64,000 nt of DNA. Origin: Williopsis jadinii. Lineage: Eukaryota. Positions within the stretch are counted from its first letter, which is position 1. Every line of letters begins with the position of its first letter. The stretch lies in contig AP024665.1 of the NCBI GenBank assembly GCA_024346625.1, forward strand, positions 868,001 to 932,000. The letters are read 5' to 3'. Below are positions 43,220-54,805 of this stretch, piece after piece. Both the position numbers and the translations under genes were made by a program. The notes beneath the pieces are model-generated. The model was not told the DNA's origin, searched no databases, and was given only the letters and a program-made list of their open reading frames with translations.

Positions 43220-43417
43220 CCTGTCAAATGTGAATGTGATAGACTCTTCTATAAAAACACTTAATAGACATTAAAAAGAATCAGAGGAGACAGTGCTTCT
43301 TCACGTCTTCCTCTGCCAAAATCATGAGGCTATTATTTGGTGTAAGGGTTATTAGGTGTCTGGGTGTGGAATCCTCAGCACGTCGTCGTGGCCATGAAAT
43401 TTTCTTTCTGAGCCCGA

Positions 43418-43470
43418 TGAGTCGAAACTTTTCGAGCTGCGGACGAGAGCTTTTGACATTCTTTGACTCA
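43418..43470. promoter_or_regulatory. Gcn4 binding sites upstream of ARO2
   Basis: TGAGTC at 43418-43423 and TGACTCA at 43464-43470, just upstream of a TATAAA and an amino-acid biosynthesis gene. Confidence 0.7.
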
Positions 43471-43515
43471 TAAAGAGGGCCTACTAAATATAAACAAAAA
43501 TAGCTTTTTACCACT

Positions 43516-44646
43516 ATGTCCTCGTTTGGTACATTGTTCAAGGTGACTACTTATGGTGAATCTCACTGTAAATCAGTGGGATGTATTGTTGACGGTGTTC
43601 CACCGGGTCTTGAGCTGACCGAGGATGACATTCAACCTCAGCTTACAAGAAGAAGACCTGGTCAATCAAAGCTCACAACTCCAAGAAACGAAAAGGACAG
43701 GGTGTTCATTCAAAGTGGTACCGAGAAGGGTAAAACCCTAGGTACTCCAATTGGTATGCTTGTCGCTAACGAGGATCAGAGACCACACGATTATTCTGAA
43801 ACTGATCTCTACCCAAGACCTTCACATGCGGACTACACCTATCTGTGCAAATATGGTATCAAGGCCGCATCTGGTGGTGGTCGTTCTTCAGCAAGAGAAA
43901 CCATTGGTAGAGTCGCTGCTGGTGCGATTGCTGAGAAGTTCTTGAAGAAGGCCAACAACGTTGAGATTGTTGCGTTTGTCTCCCAAGTTGGTTCTGTGAA
44001 GATCAACAGAGACGCACAGGATCCAAAATTCATTGAGCTTTTGAACACAGTTACCAGAGAACAGGTAGACGCTGCTGGCCCAATCCGTTGTCCAGACCCA
44101 ACTGTTGCTGATGCCATGACCAAGGCAGTTGAAAACGCTAGAGATTCAAAGGATTCCATCGGTGGTGTTGTCACATGTGTAATTCGTAACGTTCCTATCG
44201 GTCTTGGTGAGCCAGTCTTTGACAAGCTTGAAGCGCAATTGGCACACGCTATGCTGTCCCTCCCAGCCACAAAGGGTTTTGAGATCGGTTCCGGCTTTGC
44301 TGGTGTCGAAATCCCAGGATCCAAGCACAACGACGCCTTCTACTTTGACGAAGAGACAAACAGATTGAGAACAAAGACTAACAACTCCGGTGGTATCCAA
44401 GGTGGTATCTCCAACGGTGAAAACATCTACTTCTCTGTTGCCTTTAAATCTGTGGCAACAATCTCCAAGGAACAAGCCACTGCAACCTATGATGGTAAGA
44501 AAGGTGTGCTTGCTGCCAGAGGCCGTCATGACCCAAATGTCACTCCAAGAGCCATCCCAATCGTCGAGGCCATGGCTGCTCTTGTCCTTGCCGACAACTT
44601 GCTGATTCAAAAGTCCAGAGATGCTGCTCGTGCCATCGTTGCCTGA
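43516..44646 (+). CDS. ARO2: Chorismate synthase
   Basis: [35 protein letters not shown] and GRHDP signatures. Confidence 0.98.
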   Translation: MSSFGTLFKVTTYGESHCKSVGCIVDGVPPGLELTEDDIQPQLTRRRPGQSKLTTPRNEKDRVFIQSGTEKGKTLGTPIGMLVANEDQRPHDYSETDLYPRPSHADYTYLCKYGIKAASGGGRSSARETIGRVAAGAIAEKFLKKANNVEIVAFVSQVGSVKINRDAQDPKFIELLNTVTREQVDAAGPIRCPDPTVADAMTKAVENARDSKDSIGGVVTCVIRNVPIGLGEPVFDKLEAQLAHAMLSLPATKGFEIGSGFAGVEIPGSKHNDAFYFDEETNRLRTKTNNSGGIQGGISNGENIYFSVAFKSVATISKEQATATYDGKKGVLAARGRHDPNVTPRAIPIVEAMAALVLADNLLIQKSRDAARAIVA

Positions 44647-44741
44647 ACAGATGGAGTACGTATATAGATTCGATACAACGGATTATGAAGATGATATAAG
44701 TTCAATGTTGTAGACCAGTGCTGTGCTATACATAGGCAAAG

Positions 44742-44779
44742 CACCACCCGGACACCACCCGGACACCACCCGGACACCA
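44742..44779. repeat. 11-bp tandem repeat CACCACCCGGA x3.5
   Basis: Perfect copies at 44742, 44753 and 44764, with a partial copy at 44775. Confidence 0.9.
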
Positions 44780-44870
44780 ACTTGGTTTCTAGACCGAGCT
44801 TCTGTTGTTTTGATGAAGCTCACCACGCTGTTGATCACGTTGTTACGGAGCATCGAGGACAGAGAGGGCG

Positions 44871-45488
44871 ATGTCGTTTGTAGAGGAGATCATCCCAGCG
44901 TATTACAACAAAGATGTCTATTTCACATCATCAGTGTCGGCACCGTCGAGATCCAAGCACAAGTTGGCCACACAGGAGAGTAAAAACCGTAAGAGATTAG
45001 CACCTGGCTCCTACAATTTGGCCACCATAGAGTCCACCGTTCACGGGACTGCGCTGACAGAGGACCTCGTGGAGGCTAAGAACTCCATCAAGCGGTTCAA
45101 CGAGCTTGATAGGGAGAACTACAACGAGAATGCCCGTATAGATCTCCCCAAGGTTGGCTTCAAATTTGACTACCCACGGTACCCGCAGGTCAAGCAGAAG
45201 TACCCTAAAATGAAGCAGAAGCAGAGTGCAATGCAACACGTCAGGAAAGTGCTCACGTCTAGAAGAGGACTTGCGAATTATCTGGATGAGGATGAGAGAT
45301 TTGCAACCATCTTGTTCAACAAAGTCAGTAGGAAGAAGAACACCATGCTAGTTGTTGCTAACAAGAAGCTATGCTCCATCTGTGGTGATAACGCTCCCGG
45401 AAGCTGTGTAAGGTGCTTTGCCAGGGTGTGCAGTGTGAAGTGCTTATCTGTACACAACGAGACAAGATGCCCAAACTACTATGGCTAG
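44871..45488 (+). CDS. VPS71: SWR1 complex subunit Vps71/Swc6 (zf-HIT)
   Basis: RFNELDRENY, VRKVLTSRR and C-terminal CSICG...CVRC..RVCSVKCLSVHNETRC. Confidence 0.88.
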   Translation: MSFVEEIIPAYYNKDVYFTSSVSAPSRSKHKLATQESKNRKRLAPGSYNLATIESTVHGTALTEDLVEAKNSIKRFNELDRENYNENARIDLPKVGFKFDYPRYPQVKQKYPKMKQKQSAMQHVRKVLTSRRGLANYLDEDERFATILFNKVSRKKNTMLVVANKKLCSICGDNAPGSCVRCFARVCSVKCLSVHNETRCPNYYG

Positions 45489-45783
45489 GCTTGTTGATCA
45501 AGTTGAGCATGCCTGTCATCGTTTATCTTAGGACTATACAAGAGTACTGTGTGTATGTCTGTATATGGAATACTGACGCAATTAGAGCACAATACTCAGT
45601 GTGATCTATCATAGTTGTATATGCCATTACGAAGCCATCCTCTTTCATTACCTCCATCTTGTCCTCTGTGAAGTCCGCGCACGGAGATCTCATCGCTCCG
45701 GACCCGTAAGGTATAAAAACCACATTAGCATGATATTTCCCTTTAGCCATTCACGTAGTTAGAACCACGACACCATCACATCA

Positions 45784-47301
45784 ATGATCAGGCCCAGAAT
45801 TCAGCTTGGAGGTGTGTCTCTTCGTAGACTCCAGTCCACATTGAAAGTTGCGATAGTGGGCTCTGGTCCTTCCGGGTTCTACACTGCTCACGATCTGCTG
45901 AAGAAACCTAATGTACAGGTCACCATGTTTGAGAAGTTACCAACACCATTTGGACTTTCGAGATATGGTGTTGCACCAGACCACCCGGAGGTGAAGAATT
46001 GCGAGGAGACGTTCACAGATGCTGCAGAGAACGACCTGTTCGAGTTTGTTGGGAACGTTGAAGTTGGTAAGGATGTCTCTATTGAACATCTTCAGAAGAG
46101 CTTTAACGGCGTGGTATTTGCATATGGGTGTGACCAAGGCAATAAATTGGGGATCAAAGGCGAAGACAGTGCCGGTGTTATCAATGCACACGAGTTTGTT
46201 GCCTGGTACAATGGTAATCCTAATATTTGGAACACAGGTGCACCTCCACTGGACAGAGTTGAGAACGTTGTGATCATTGGTAATGGTAACGTGGCGATGG
46301 ACATTGCTCGTATCTTGCTGATGCCTGTGGAAGACTTAGAACACACCGACATTGCTAGCCATGCTGTGAGCTTGCTGAAGAAGAGCACAGTGAAGAACAT
46401 TCGCATTGTTGCTCGTAGAGGGTTTGTTGAAAGTGCCTTCACTACTAAGGAGATCAGAGAATTGCTTCAACTGGAGCAGTACGGTGTTAAATTTGACGGA
46501 ATAGATCAGCAGATTGTTGAGACTCTGTTGCCTCTGCAGAAGAAGCTGGAGAGGGTACAGAAGAGGAAATTAACAACTGTTCTTGAGTATATGAAACCGG
46601 CTTCTGAAAGAAAGGGCAAGCTCAAGTACGTCGTTCCGTCGGATGTTAGAAAGTCGTGGTCATTAGATTACCTTCTTTCCCCTATAGAGATAAAGTCCAA
46701 TGATAAGGATACCTCCTTGGTGTCTGAGATCGTGTTCCAGAAGAATAGATTGCACCAAGACTCACCTGAGGGACCAGTTCAAGTGCAGCATATTCCAAAT
46801 AACTACGAGACGATCAAGACCGACCTTGTCATTACGAGTTTGGGATTCAAAGGATCCTCATTGAACGGATTTGAAGAGCTAGGTATACAGTTTGACAAGC
46901 GCAGAGGTGTCATTGTTAACGACAGCTCAAGAGTGCTGGACAACACCAACGAGGTCATCCCAGGATTGTACGCCTCTGGTTGGATTAAAAATGCTAAGAA
47001 GGGTCCAATCTTGAATGCTCTTGTGGATTCCAACGCTGTGACAGAAGCTATAATGAAGGATTACGAGTCTGGTGCTATCAGACGCGACGCACCTGGACTG
47101 AAGGGACTAGAGTTACCAAAGGATCACACGAATTGGAGAGATTGGCAGACTCTAGACAGCTTTGAACTGGCATTTGGCCAGAGTCATGATAAGCATAGAT
47201 GGAAAGTTCCTAGAGTCAGTGATATGCTAGAGATCATCGAGGACAATTCAACACAGGATGAAAAGCTGAGCAAGTTTAAAGACCAATTAGAAGCACTGTG
47301 A
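45784..47301 (+). CDS. ARH1: Mitochondrial NADPH:adrenodoxin oxidoreductase
   Basis: VGSGPSGFY, PFGLSRYGVAPDHPEVKNC and IIGNGNVAMDIARIL motifs; synteny with ATP17 and LSM6. Confidence 0.96.
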   Translation: MIRPRIQLGGVSLRRLQSTLKVAIVGSGPSGFYTAHDLLKKPNVQVTMFEKLPTPFGLSRYGVAPDHPEVKNCEETFTDAAENDLFEFVGNVEVGKDVSIEHLQKSFNGVVFAYGCDQGNKLGIKGEDSAGVINAHEFVAWYNGNPNIWNTGAPPLDRVENVVIIGNGNVAMDIARILLMPVEDLEHTDIASHAVSLLKKSTVKNIRIVARRGFVESAFTTKEIRELLQLEQYGVKFDGIDQQIVETLLPLQKKLERVQKRKLTTVLEYMKPASERKGKLKYVVPSDVRKSWSLDYLLSPIEIKSNDKDTSLVSEIVFQKNRLHQDSPEGPVQVQHIPNNYETIKTDLVITSLGFKGSSLNGFEELGIQFDKRRGVIVNDSSRVLDNTNEVIPGLYASGWIKNAKKGPILNALVDSNAVTEAIMKDYESGAIRRDAPGLKGLELPKDHTNWRDWQTLDSFELAFGQSHDKHRWKVPRVSDMLEIIEDNSTQDEKLSKFKDQLEAL

Positions 47302-47563
47302 TCATAGAACGTCTACGTGTCTGTTGTTTTCCTGTGTTATATATATGTCATAAGAACCCTTTGGAATTGAAGTGATATATAATTCCATTCTAAGTTTCAT
47401 TTCTTTAGTTTTAAATCGTTGTCGTACATTTCATACACCAAAACATGATGGACCTCAGCTCGAGAGACAGGGTCACGTTGCGGTATAAGAACTAGCGGCA
47501 TTTCTGTTTCTTTTGTTCCTTAATTTGTTGAATATCAAGTCCACACGGAGAAGGAGGGAGCGT

Positions 47564-48001
47564 TTAGTGGTGCTCGCCGTCCTTGTGGTGACGCAAGTGG
47601 AAGTAGTACTCCAAGGAGTAACCAAAGACCAAGACGAAAGCAGCCAAGTGAACCAATGGCTTACCGGTAGCGTTGTCACCGTCAAAGAACTTAGCTTTGT
47701 AACGACCAATCAAACCGGTTGGCTTGACGGCTGGGGCTGGACCCTGTGGCAAAGTCTTGTAGAACTCAACAACAGAAGCCAGTCTCTTAGCAGCTGGGTT
47801 GGAACCGATGGCCTAAACATGGATGCCTGTGTTAGTTTCCTTGGATCCCATGAACCTTCCGAAATTTAAAGGAGTAAACACCTCTCTTGGGCAACAACGT
47901 GCAAAGCATCACGGAAGAACGGCGATTGAGCAACTTACCTTAGCAGAGGCGATCTTTGGTGGAATCAAAGTGGACAATTGACGTCTGATGATGAAGGACA
48001 T
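47564..48001 (-). CDS. ATP17: ATP synthase subunit f, 103 aa, spliced
   Basis: Exon 1 48001-47939 (MSFIIRRQLSTLIPPKIASAK), intron 47938-47813 (GTAAGT...AACTAAC...TAG), exon 2 47812-47564 (AIGSNPAAKRL...FYKTLPQGPAP...GYSLEYYFHLRHHK). Confidence 0.95.
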
Positions 48002-48291
48002 TGTTGAATTCTCTGTTTACTACTCTTCCTCTCAGGCAAAGAGGTGTGTTTTCGTTTTGCTTGTGGACGTTTAATTTTTCCCACCAAGCCGCGGAGACCT
48101 CCAATTGGCGAGGCATAAGTGCCTGGTGAGGTGGTAGTTGAGAGTTATGCAGACTGCCGAATTCGGAAATGCTATCGTCTACATCAGTGTATAGCATATC
48201 TCGGCATATTGGTTTGGTGGTTGGGAGACAGGGTCTGGGTGATGCTACGAATGGTTTAAGCAAAAGGGAAGCAAGTCTATTAAATATATCT

Positions 48292-48669
48292 TCACTCCTG
48301 TGATATGTAGAGAACTAGATTTGTTAGTATTCACCATAAAGCAAAGTACAGGTTTTACTTGGATTCGGGTCCACTCACCATTGTTTGCACGGATGAACAC
48401 ATCACCGTATTTGTTCGTTATTTGTCCACCGACGTACTCCTCAGCCTCCTCCAGTGCAACGTTCATATAGCCATCAATGCTATCAAGGTTTCCTAGGAGG
48501 TGTTAGTACTGGGCTCTGAATACTTTCAGCGTTCAGCTTCTCTTTCACGTAATAACTTACCGTGGTACTCTTCACCGGAATATAACTTGACGATGACTTT
48601 TGATCCTGTAATTTCGGACAAAAATTGTGATGGAGCGGAGACAGCTTGTTCTTCACCAGCTTCTGACAT
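48292..48669 (-). CDS. LSM6: Sm-like protein Lsm6, 81 aa, three exons
   Basis: Exons 48669-48561, 48492-48379 and 48314-48292. Introns 48560-48493 (GTAAGT/TACTAAC/TAG) and 48378-48315 (GTGAGT/TACTAAC/TAG). Product PSQFLSEITGSKVIVKLYSG..YHGNLDSIDGYMNVAL...YGDVFIRANNVLYISQE. Confidence 0.95.
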
Positions 48670-50320
48670 GATGTATATATGGTCTTTCAAGAGGTTAAAA
48701 GTGGTCGAGCTGTTAGCGGGTTCAACCATGTTCATTGGAATCTATTTGGCAGTGTCAGAGAAATTCGCGAAGCTTCTCTGGATGATCCGAGGTGTAAGTC
48801 CCCGGAATATCTCTTCTGCTGCATGGCTGATATCTACAGAAACCTCTTAGATCCTTCCTTCATACAGACTGAGCCATCTCTGTTTGTTGTGATGAGTAGC
48901 TCCGTGCAGTGTGAATGCTTCATTGTGTAAGCTGTGCGTTGTTCATAAGTGACTGTCGTTTGTTATAATGACTTGTGTTGAAAGTTTGCTTGATCTATTT
49001 TGATGGTGATCTCTTCAAGTTCGCAGTCATCAGACACTTGTAGGAGTATTCATATGTGATTATGTAGAGAACTCCAAGAACAATAGTATTTGAGTCATCA
49101 TAGCCTCCTCTACCATGTTGTCTTGTACGTCCTCGAACTCTTTGTGAGTTATAGTACGTGACTTATCACGTACGTCAATTCATAGACTGAATTATATCGA
49201 CGCAATTCATACAGAACAGTATTTACCACTTCATAATCATTAACGTATTAACTCTTAATGCGTCGAAGCTGGCTAAGTCAGATCTTGAATGAAACTGTAT
49301 CTACATCATTGACCTTTCTCCTCGACTTCTACGCGACGAGCCTCCCATATCACTCCGTAGCGTTGCACAACAATCACAATCTCACGAAGACCCTTGTTAA
49401 TGAAGTTCCAGTAAGTGTGCAGTTGTCTACGGTTCCTTTATCTTGTTGAACCTTGAACTACACTCCGATCTTGAATGCATTCAAGTTCCTGTATTCTTTT
49501 GTAACTGTGCAGTCTTACGCATGCCAACCAAGAGACTGCCGATATTCACTAGCTTATCCCTAAAGGCAGATCACTCTAAGAATGATATTCAACCAATCTT
49601 CTCCACGACGTGTACTATCTTATTCCCATTTGAATGTGTATTGTGCAACATTGAATGGCCAATAACTAGACAATAAATGCAAAAGCGGCAGATGGATGCT
49701 CTGCTCTGTAAATTACGTACATAAACATGCATATTACCCGATCTTTTACGCACTTAGAGCGGCATTCATGCATGATCCTACGTTTTGTTTCGGAACTTCA
49801 GATTTCCTCTATGAATCACCGGGGCTTTCAAGTTTCTCTTCTCCTTCCGATGCTCTACTTTTGCCAACCCAGAATGTAAATATTCCATGCAATTTCATCT
49901 TTTGGAGAGCATGCCGCTACTTGTTATCAGTACTTTCAGTTTTAGGAGACTTTCCCTTTTTCATTTTTGCATTTCAATCAGTGCGAGCCTATTACATGAT
50001 TACCAGGACAACGTCGAGATATCTACTTGCAACTGGTGGTAATACGGGGGCAATGTACAACACCGATACGACTTCTCTAGCGACGAAACCCACAACATGC
50101 ACAGGCGAATGACAACTTTGACAGCCACCCAGTCATTCCCACTGCGCAAATGAAACACCAACAGTCTCATTATTTGGTGGGCAGTGACGCACCAGTGTCT
50201 AGACTTGGTCCCGTTTTCGCGTTGGCGAGGAAGTGCCAACGCGAAAATGGCGAAAAGCTCACAGAACTGTCTAATAATAACATTTCCCTTTACGGCAATT
50301 CAAAAATACAACGTACCCAC

Positions 50321-50350
50321 TCAATTAGGGCAAATCTCTGCCCTAATTGA
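50321..50350. repeat. Perfect 12-bp inverted repeat TCAATTAGGGCA-N6-TGCCCTAATTGA
   Basis: Directly visible about 600 bp upstream of the RGA ATG. Confidence 0.85.
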
Positions 50351-50940
50351 ACAACCATAGAGCCCTTGGTATATCTCAAACACGACACTACACTCTTTGC
50401 TCAACAGAAACAGCACTTCCGTTATCTTTGAATGCACACTTCTCCCTTCAAAAATGCGTGTTGATCTGCAAAAACCACCTTGGAATCTGAAATGAAATTC
50501 CGACCTGCTACCAAAAGTTCGGATCTACCGCCTTTTTTTCTTTCTTCCACATTTCCCCTAATTTCGTACAGGTGACTTCAGGTACCAAATTTGGATCCAT
50601 TTTTTTTGCCCTCCTCTCTCTTTCTTTGGAACTCCCAGGAGAGTGAGATTTTACGCTCTAACTCCATTCTCTAGTCAGACAGAGATATTCACTTACCACA
50701 TCTCACTGGCGGGAATAGAAAGAGGACACTGGTGGTTGTGAAATTTGCAAGGGATAGTAGCAAAGAAGCAACACAGAGCTGTGTTTGAGTGCATTCCCTC
50801 CACGACTATAATAGCAAGCCTGGACGGTGTTTTGTTGTATTCGTCATTGTCAATCAAGAATTACACACGCGGACCATCTCCACTGATTAGAGCGCTCCGT
50901 ATACCCCTTTACATCTGTTACGAAACATATCTCGACACCA

Positions 50941-53820
50941 ATGGCAGAAGCGCTCGAGGAGTCGTCGTTCATCGATGACGATAGCGAGACACATCTCTGC
51001 AGGCGGTGTAACCTGCCCATAAGTGAAGGGCACGCGTATGAGCTTGGGGGTGATAGATGGCACATGTACTGTTTCAGCTGCTCCAAATGTACAAAGCTAT
51101 TGGGCACCAGCTCGAACTTCCTGGTGTTGGGTACCGGCGACTTGATCTGCTCCGATTGCTCATACGCTTGTAACGCATGTGGCAAGAAGATTGACGATTT
51201 GGCAATATTGACTGGAGATCAAGCATACTGTTCTACGTGTTTCTGTTGTCGCAATTGTAAGAAGAGGATCGAGGACCTGAAGTATGCCAGAACGTCAAAG
51301 GGCTTGTTTTGTATGTCGTGCCACGAGAAGCTGTTGGAGAGAAAAAGACAGCACGAGCACGAGAAGAAGAAGAGGAATAGCCAGAAGAATGCAACCAACA
51401 GGACATCAACAATGGATAAGTCGTTACCAGAAGTCCCGCTAGCTTGTGAGCCTTTAAACTATTCGAGCCCAGGGTCTACACTCTCTGTGTCTGGGGAGGC
51501 TAAGCTTGATGACTTGACGTTTGGTACGACGGATACCCTTGACATTCCAATGAGGTCGCCAGCAAGAACTCCAAAGTCAGCTGACAAGAAAGCAGATATG
51601 ATGCTCGATGATCCGGTTTCATTCTCACCAACAAAGGCTTTGAACAATGTATCCCCTAGAGCTCATCCCACAGATGCTTTTTCAAAACCTAATGATGAGA
51701 AGTTGGACTATATGAAAACAAGGACCCCAAGAGGTGCTAGACCTTCCTCTCCTATGAGACAAGTTGAAAACAACGATAATAGACATGCCCACGTTGTTGA
51801 GTCGCTAAGCTCGAGCTCTTCGACGAATATACTCTCCAGCTATACAAAGAAGGAGAACACTGCTTCTCCTGCAAGAAAAAGTCCTCCTCCAAAAGTGGCT
51901 GCACCATCTTTACCCCCAGATGACGATTTCATCGATATGGATGATAGTGACAACGATATAATTACACCGGACTATTTGAAGGAAACTAGAGGGTTCGGTA
52001 GCACAATGAAGCACAGCGATAGTATACCCACAGGACTCAACATTCAAGGCTTACAATCGTTTGATGAGGATTTCAACCATACATTAACAACAACTACTGT
52101 TGCTAAAGAACGCAAGGATTCCTTTCCTACTGATCCTCTCGAAGGAACTTCCGCTGATCCAAAACAGTTCCTGTCACCTGGGGCCTTGAAGAAAACTGCG
52201 CAGACAAACCTCACGAATGCTACTGAACCATCGTCGTCGCTATCTAGGTCGCTGTCCCTGAGATCTCCAAAGAACTTTTTGAGCTTTAGAAAGCACAAGA
52301 AGACTCCTTCACAAAACTCTTTGGAGAGTTATAAAATTTCGTCTCCAATGATTGACAACACAAATACTGGACCTTTTAATGAAGCTCATGAAGACACAAC
52401 CATCGAATCCCTTACGATGACCCCGAAGACCAACAAGCACTCACCATACCAAGGAGCTGCGCTATTCACAACACCTCCAGTACCAACTACTCACCACCAC
52501 CATCATCACCATAGTCATACAAATCGAAAGCTATCAACTCATAGCAGATCCAGATCGGACATCAACACAGGAGACGATGTTATATCTTCCGAGCTGGAGT
52601 TGAGATCTCTGAGAACGGAAATTACAAATCTCAAAATGGCAAAGAGCTCTCTACTTGCTGAGATATCTCAGCTATCGTCACAACGAGATACTTTGAACTT
52701 GGAAATTTTACAATTGCACACCAAGTTTGAGGAGCTCAAGATTATCGGGCAGTCATCAAAATCGTCATTAGAGGACGTTTCAGAGATACCTGCTTCCGGA
52801 ACTTCGTCTACGTATTCGGGAAGTCAAGCACAACTTGCCGCGACCGTATCTGCATCCAACTCATCCACTACTGTTCCTCTCATAACCACCAACGACAGCA
52901 GTGTTCAAATAATTGAAGATGGTAAACAGCCAAGATCCAAAGCACGTTTCTGGAAACGTGGCAACTTCTTCAGCAAGTCCGAACTCTTATCATCATCTGT
53001 GTCATCCAATTCAATCAATCAAATGGGGAACGATTCCAACAAGAATGGAAACCCGCAGATTTCTGCACCTATTATGAGAAAAGAGGAGACTGATGAACTC
53101 GGTGGAAACGACAACAAGAAGCTGTTGAATACAAAGGGCATAGCTGTGGAGCAGGTTCAACTGTTGAAGCATAGTGGGACGCATGGACTAATCATGTCTG
53201 ATCTATTCAGCTCATCATTAGAAGCTCGTGCTCAATATGAGAACAGACCAATCCCATTGATTGTCACAAGACTAATCAATGAAATTGAAAAACGTGGGTT
53301 AGATTCTGAAGGTATTTACAGAAAGAACGGTGCATCTTCCCAGACCAATGCCATAATCAAGGCATTCAACAACTTGTACCAGGCTGAGACTTCGAGTGAA
53401 TTGGAAAATAGCCTGCAAGTTGGTGATGTCAACGCCATATCGAGTGCACTGAAGAGGTACCTCTACTTCCATTTACCGGAGCCCGTAATAACAACACATG
53501 AGTATGAGACGTTCATCTCGATCAACCGCATCCCCAGCGATCAGGATAAGTTGAGTGCATTGGCGAAGGTTGTCCTTTCCCTACCAAAGACAAACGAATT
53601 GACCCTGGTTGCCATGTTGAGACATTTGAAGAGAGTTGAAAGCATGTCTACAGTTAACAAGATGACATACCATAATTTGGCCGTTGTGTTTGCACCAACA
53701 TTCACACGGACCAGTGACGGTGAAAAGGAGCTCCTGGATATGGCACAGCGGAACAACGTTACTGAATTTTTGCTAATGAGACAAGATGAAATCTTGCAAC
53801 TCGTTGATGAACAATATTGA
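50941..53820 (+). CDS. RGA1: LIM-domain RhoGAP (Cdc42 GAP) Rga1/Rga2
   Basis: Two N-terminal LIM domains (GHAYELGGDRWH..CF), a coiled coil and C-terminal RhoGAP (GLDSEGIYRKNG, NKMTYHNLAVVFAPT). Confidence 0.93.
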   Translation: MAEALEESSFIDDDSETHLCRRCNLPISEGHAYELGGDRWHMYCFSCSKCTKLLGTSSNFLVLGTGDLICSDCSYACNACGKKIDDLAILTGDQAYCSTCFCCRNCKKRIEDLKYARTSKGLFCMSCHEKLLERKRQHEHEKKKRNSQKNATNRTSTMDKSLPEVPLACEPLNYSSPGSTLSVSGEAKLDDLTFGTTDTLDIPMRSPARTPKSADKKADMMLDDPVSFSPTKALNNVSPRAHPTDAFSKPNDEKLDYMKTRTPRGARPSSPMRQVENNDNRHAHVVESLSSSSSTNILSSYTKKENTASPARKSPPPKVAAPSLPPDDDFIDMDDSDNDIITPDYLKETRGFGSTMKHSDSIPTGLNIQGLQSFDEDFNHTLTTTTVAKERKDSFPTDPLEGTSADPKQFLSPGALKKTAQTNLTNATEPSSSLSRSLSLRSPKNFLSFRKHKKTPSQNSLESYKISSPMIDNTNTGPFNEAHEDTTIESLTMTPKTNKHSPYQGAALFTTPPVPTTHHHHHHHSHTNRKLSTHSRSRSDINTGDDVISSELELRSLRTEITNLKMAKSSLLAEISQLSSQRDTLNLEILQLHTKFEELKIIGQSSKSSLEDVSEIPASGTSSTYSGSQAQLAATVSASNSSTTVPLITTNDSSVQIIEDGKQPRSKARFWKRGNFFSKSELLSSSVSSNSINQMGNDSNKNGNPQISAPIMRKEETDELGGNDNKKLLNTKGIAVEQVQLLKHSGTHGLIMSDLFSSSLEARAQYENRPIPLIVTRLINEIEKRGLDSEGIYRKNGASSQTNAIIKAFNNLYQAETSSELENSLQVGDVNAISSALKRYLYFHLPEPVITTHEYETFISINRIPSDQDKLSALAKVVLSLPKTNELTLVAMLRHLKRVESMSTVNKMTYHNLAVVFAPTFTRTSDGEKELLDMAQRNNVTEFLLMRQDEILQLVDEQY

Positions 53821-53947
53821 AAGGGTATCACAACCTCCACCCCCAAAGTGCTGTTCAATAAATGAAAGCTAATTAATCGTATGAAAAAGGCTGTAGATTG
53901 CAATATGTACATATATCTCAAACCGGGTAAAGCTCCAGAAAGCAAGC

Positions 53948-54319
53948 TCATTTGATGTCTTTAATCTCGGGAGCTGAAAACATTTCAAACCGTCTGTATC
54001 CAGTTCTCAACAGATATTCGATGGTTGAGTACTCCTTTTTCGGAAGCTTTTGGTGCTTCTTGAACTCGTTCCTTTGGTGTGTTAGTACTTCGCACTCAAC
54101 AGCCAGCAGATGATATACAGTGACATACCTTGAATATTCTATAAAGTGAAGTTGGTTTTCCTACAATTGGAGAGTTAGCGATTAGCGGACATAATGGCGT
54201 AAAACAATCATCCAGTCATAGCTTACCTTTGGCTTTGTGAAGCTAGCACGCAGACATTTTCTGTACAGTCTCAGCACTTCCTTCTGTAGCCCGGATAACC
54301 TCTTCACCTTTGGAGGCAT
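53948..54319 (-). CDS. SDH6: Succinate dehydrogenase assembly factor Sdh6/SDHAF1 (LYR family), 82 aa, three exons; absent from the ORF track
   Basis: Exons 54319-54227, 54160-54129 and 54071-53948. Introns 54226-54161 (GTAAGC/CGCTAAC/TAG) and 54128-54072 (GTATGT/TACTAAC/AAG). Product MPPKVKRLSGLQKEVLRLYRKCLR...NEFKKHQKLPKKEYSTIEYLLRTG...PEIKDIK; lies between RGA and ARO10 as in S. cerevisiae. Confidence 0.93.
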
Positions 54320-54805
54320 CTCGTAGCGTGTTGTATGTGTGTGTAGTTGATGTGTGAATCTGTTGTCTGAGAGTCTTGAGAATGTGCCTTGCTAAAATCT
54401 GGGAAAGCGAATTTAGAGGGAAAAAGAACAGAAAACCACACAGCCGTTAGCGCGTGCGAGCCCGGGGTTATGAAGCATAGGGAAGCTTGGTGATGTGCTC
54501 CGTGAGTTAGTCCGTGTTTCGTTCTACATGGAAGTCTCCATCATTGGCCATCAACTCGTGGCAGATCGCTGATTGATCTCTTCAGGCTGTTACAAGATGG
54601 TCCTACTATACAGGCCCAGAAGAGGAAGTTGGGCTTGAACCGTGCCAACCGAGAGAGTCGGCATCATAGCGTTGGCAGCGGCCGAGAAGCGATGAGCCGC
54701 TGAAAAAAAAATATCAACAGTTGAAGGAAAGAAGCCCTTGGCGATTGTTACAGACCTTTGAAGGTCCCGCAACGAGTTACAAAGGCAGCGAAAAACATCG
54801 TCTTC

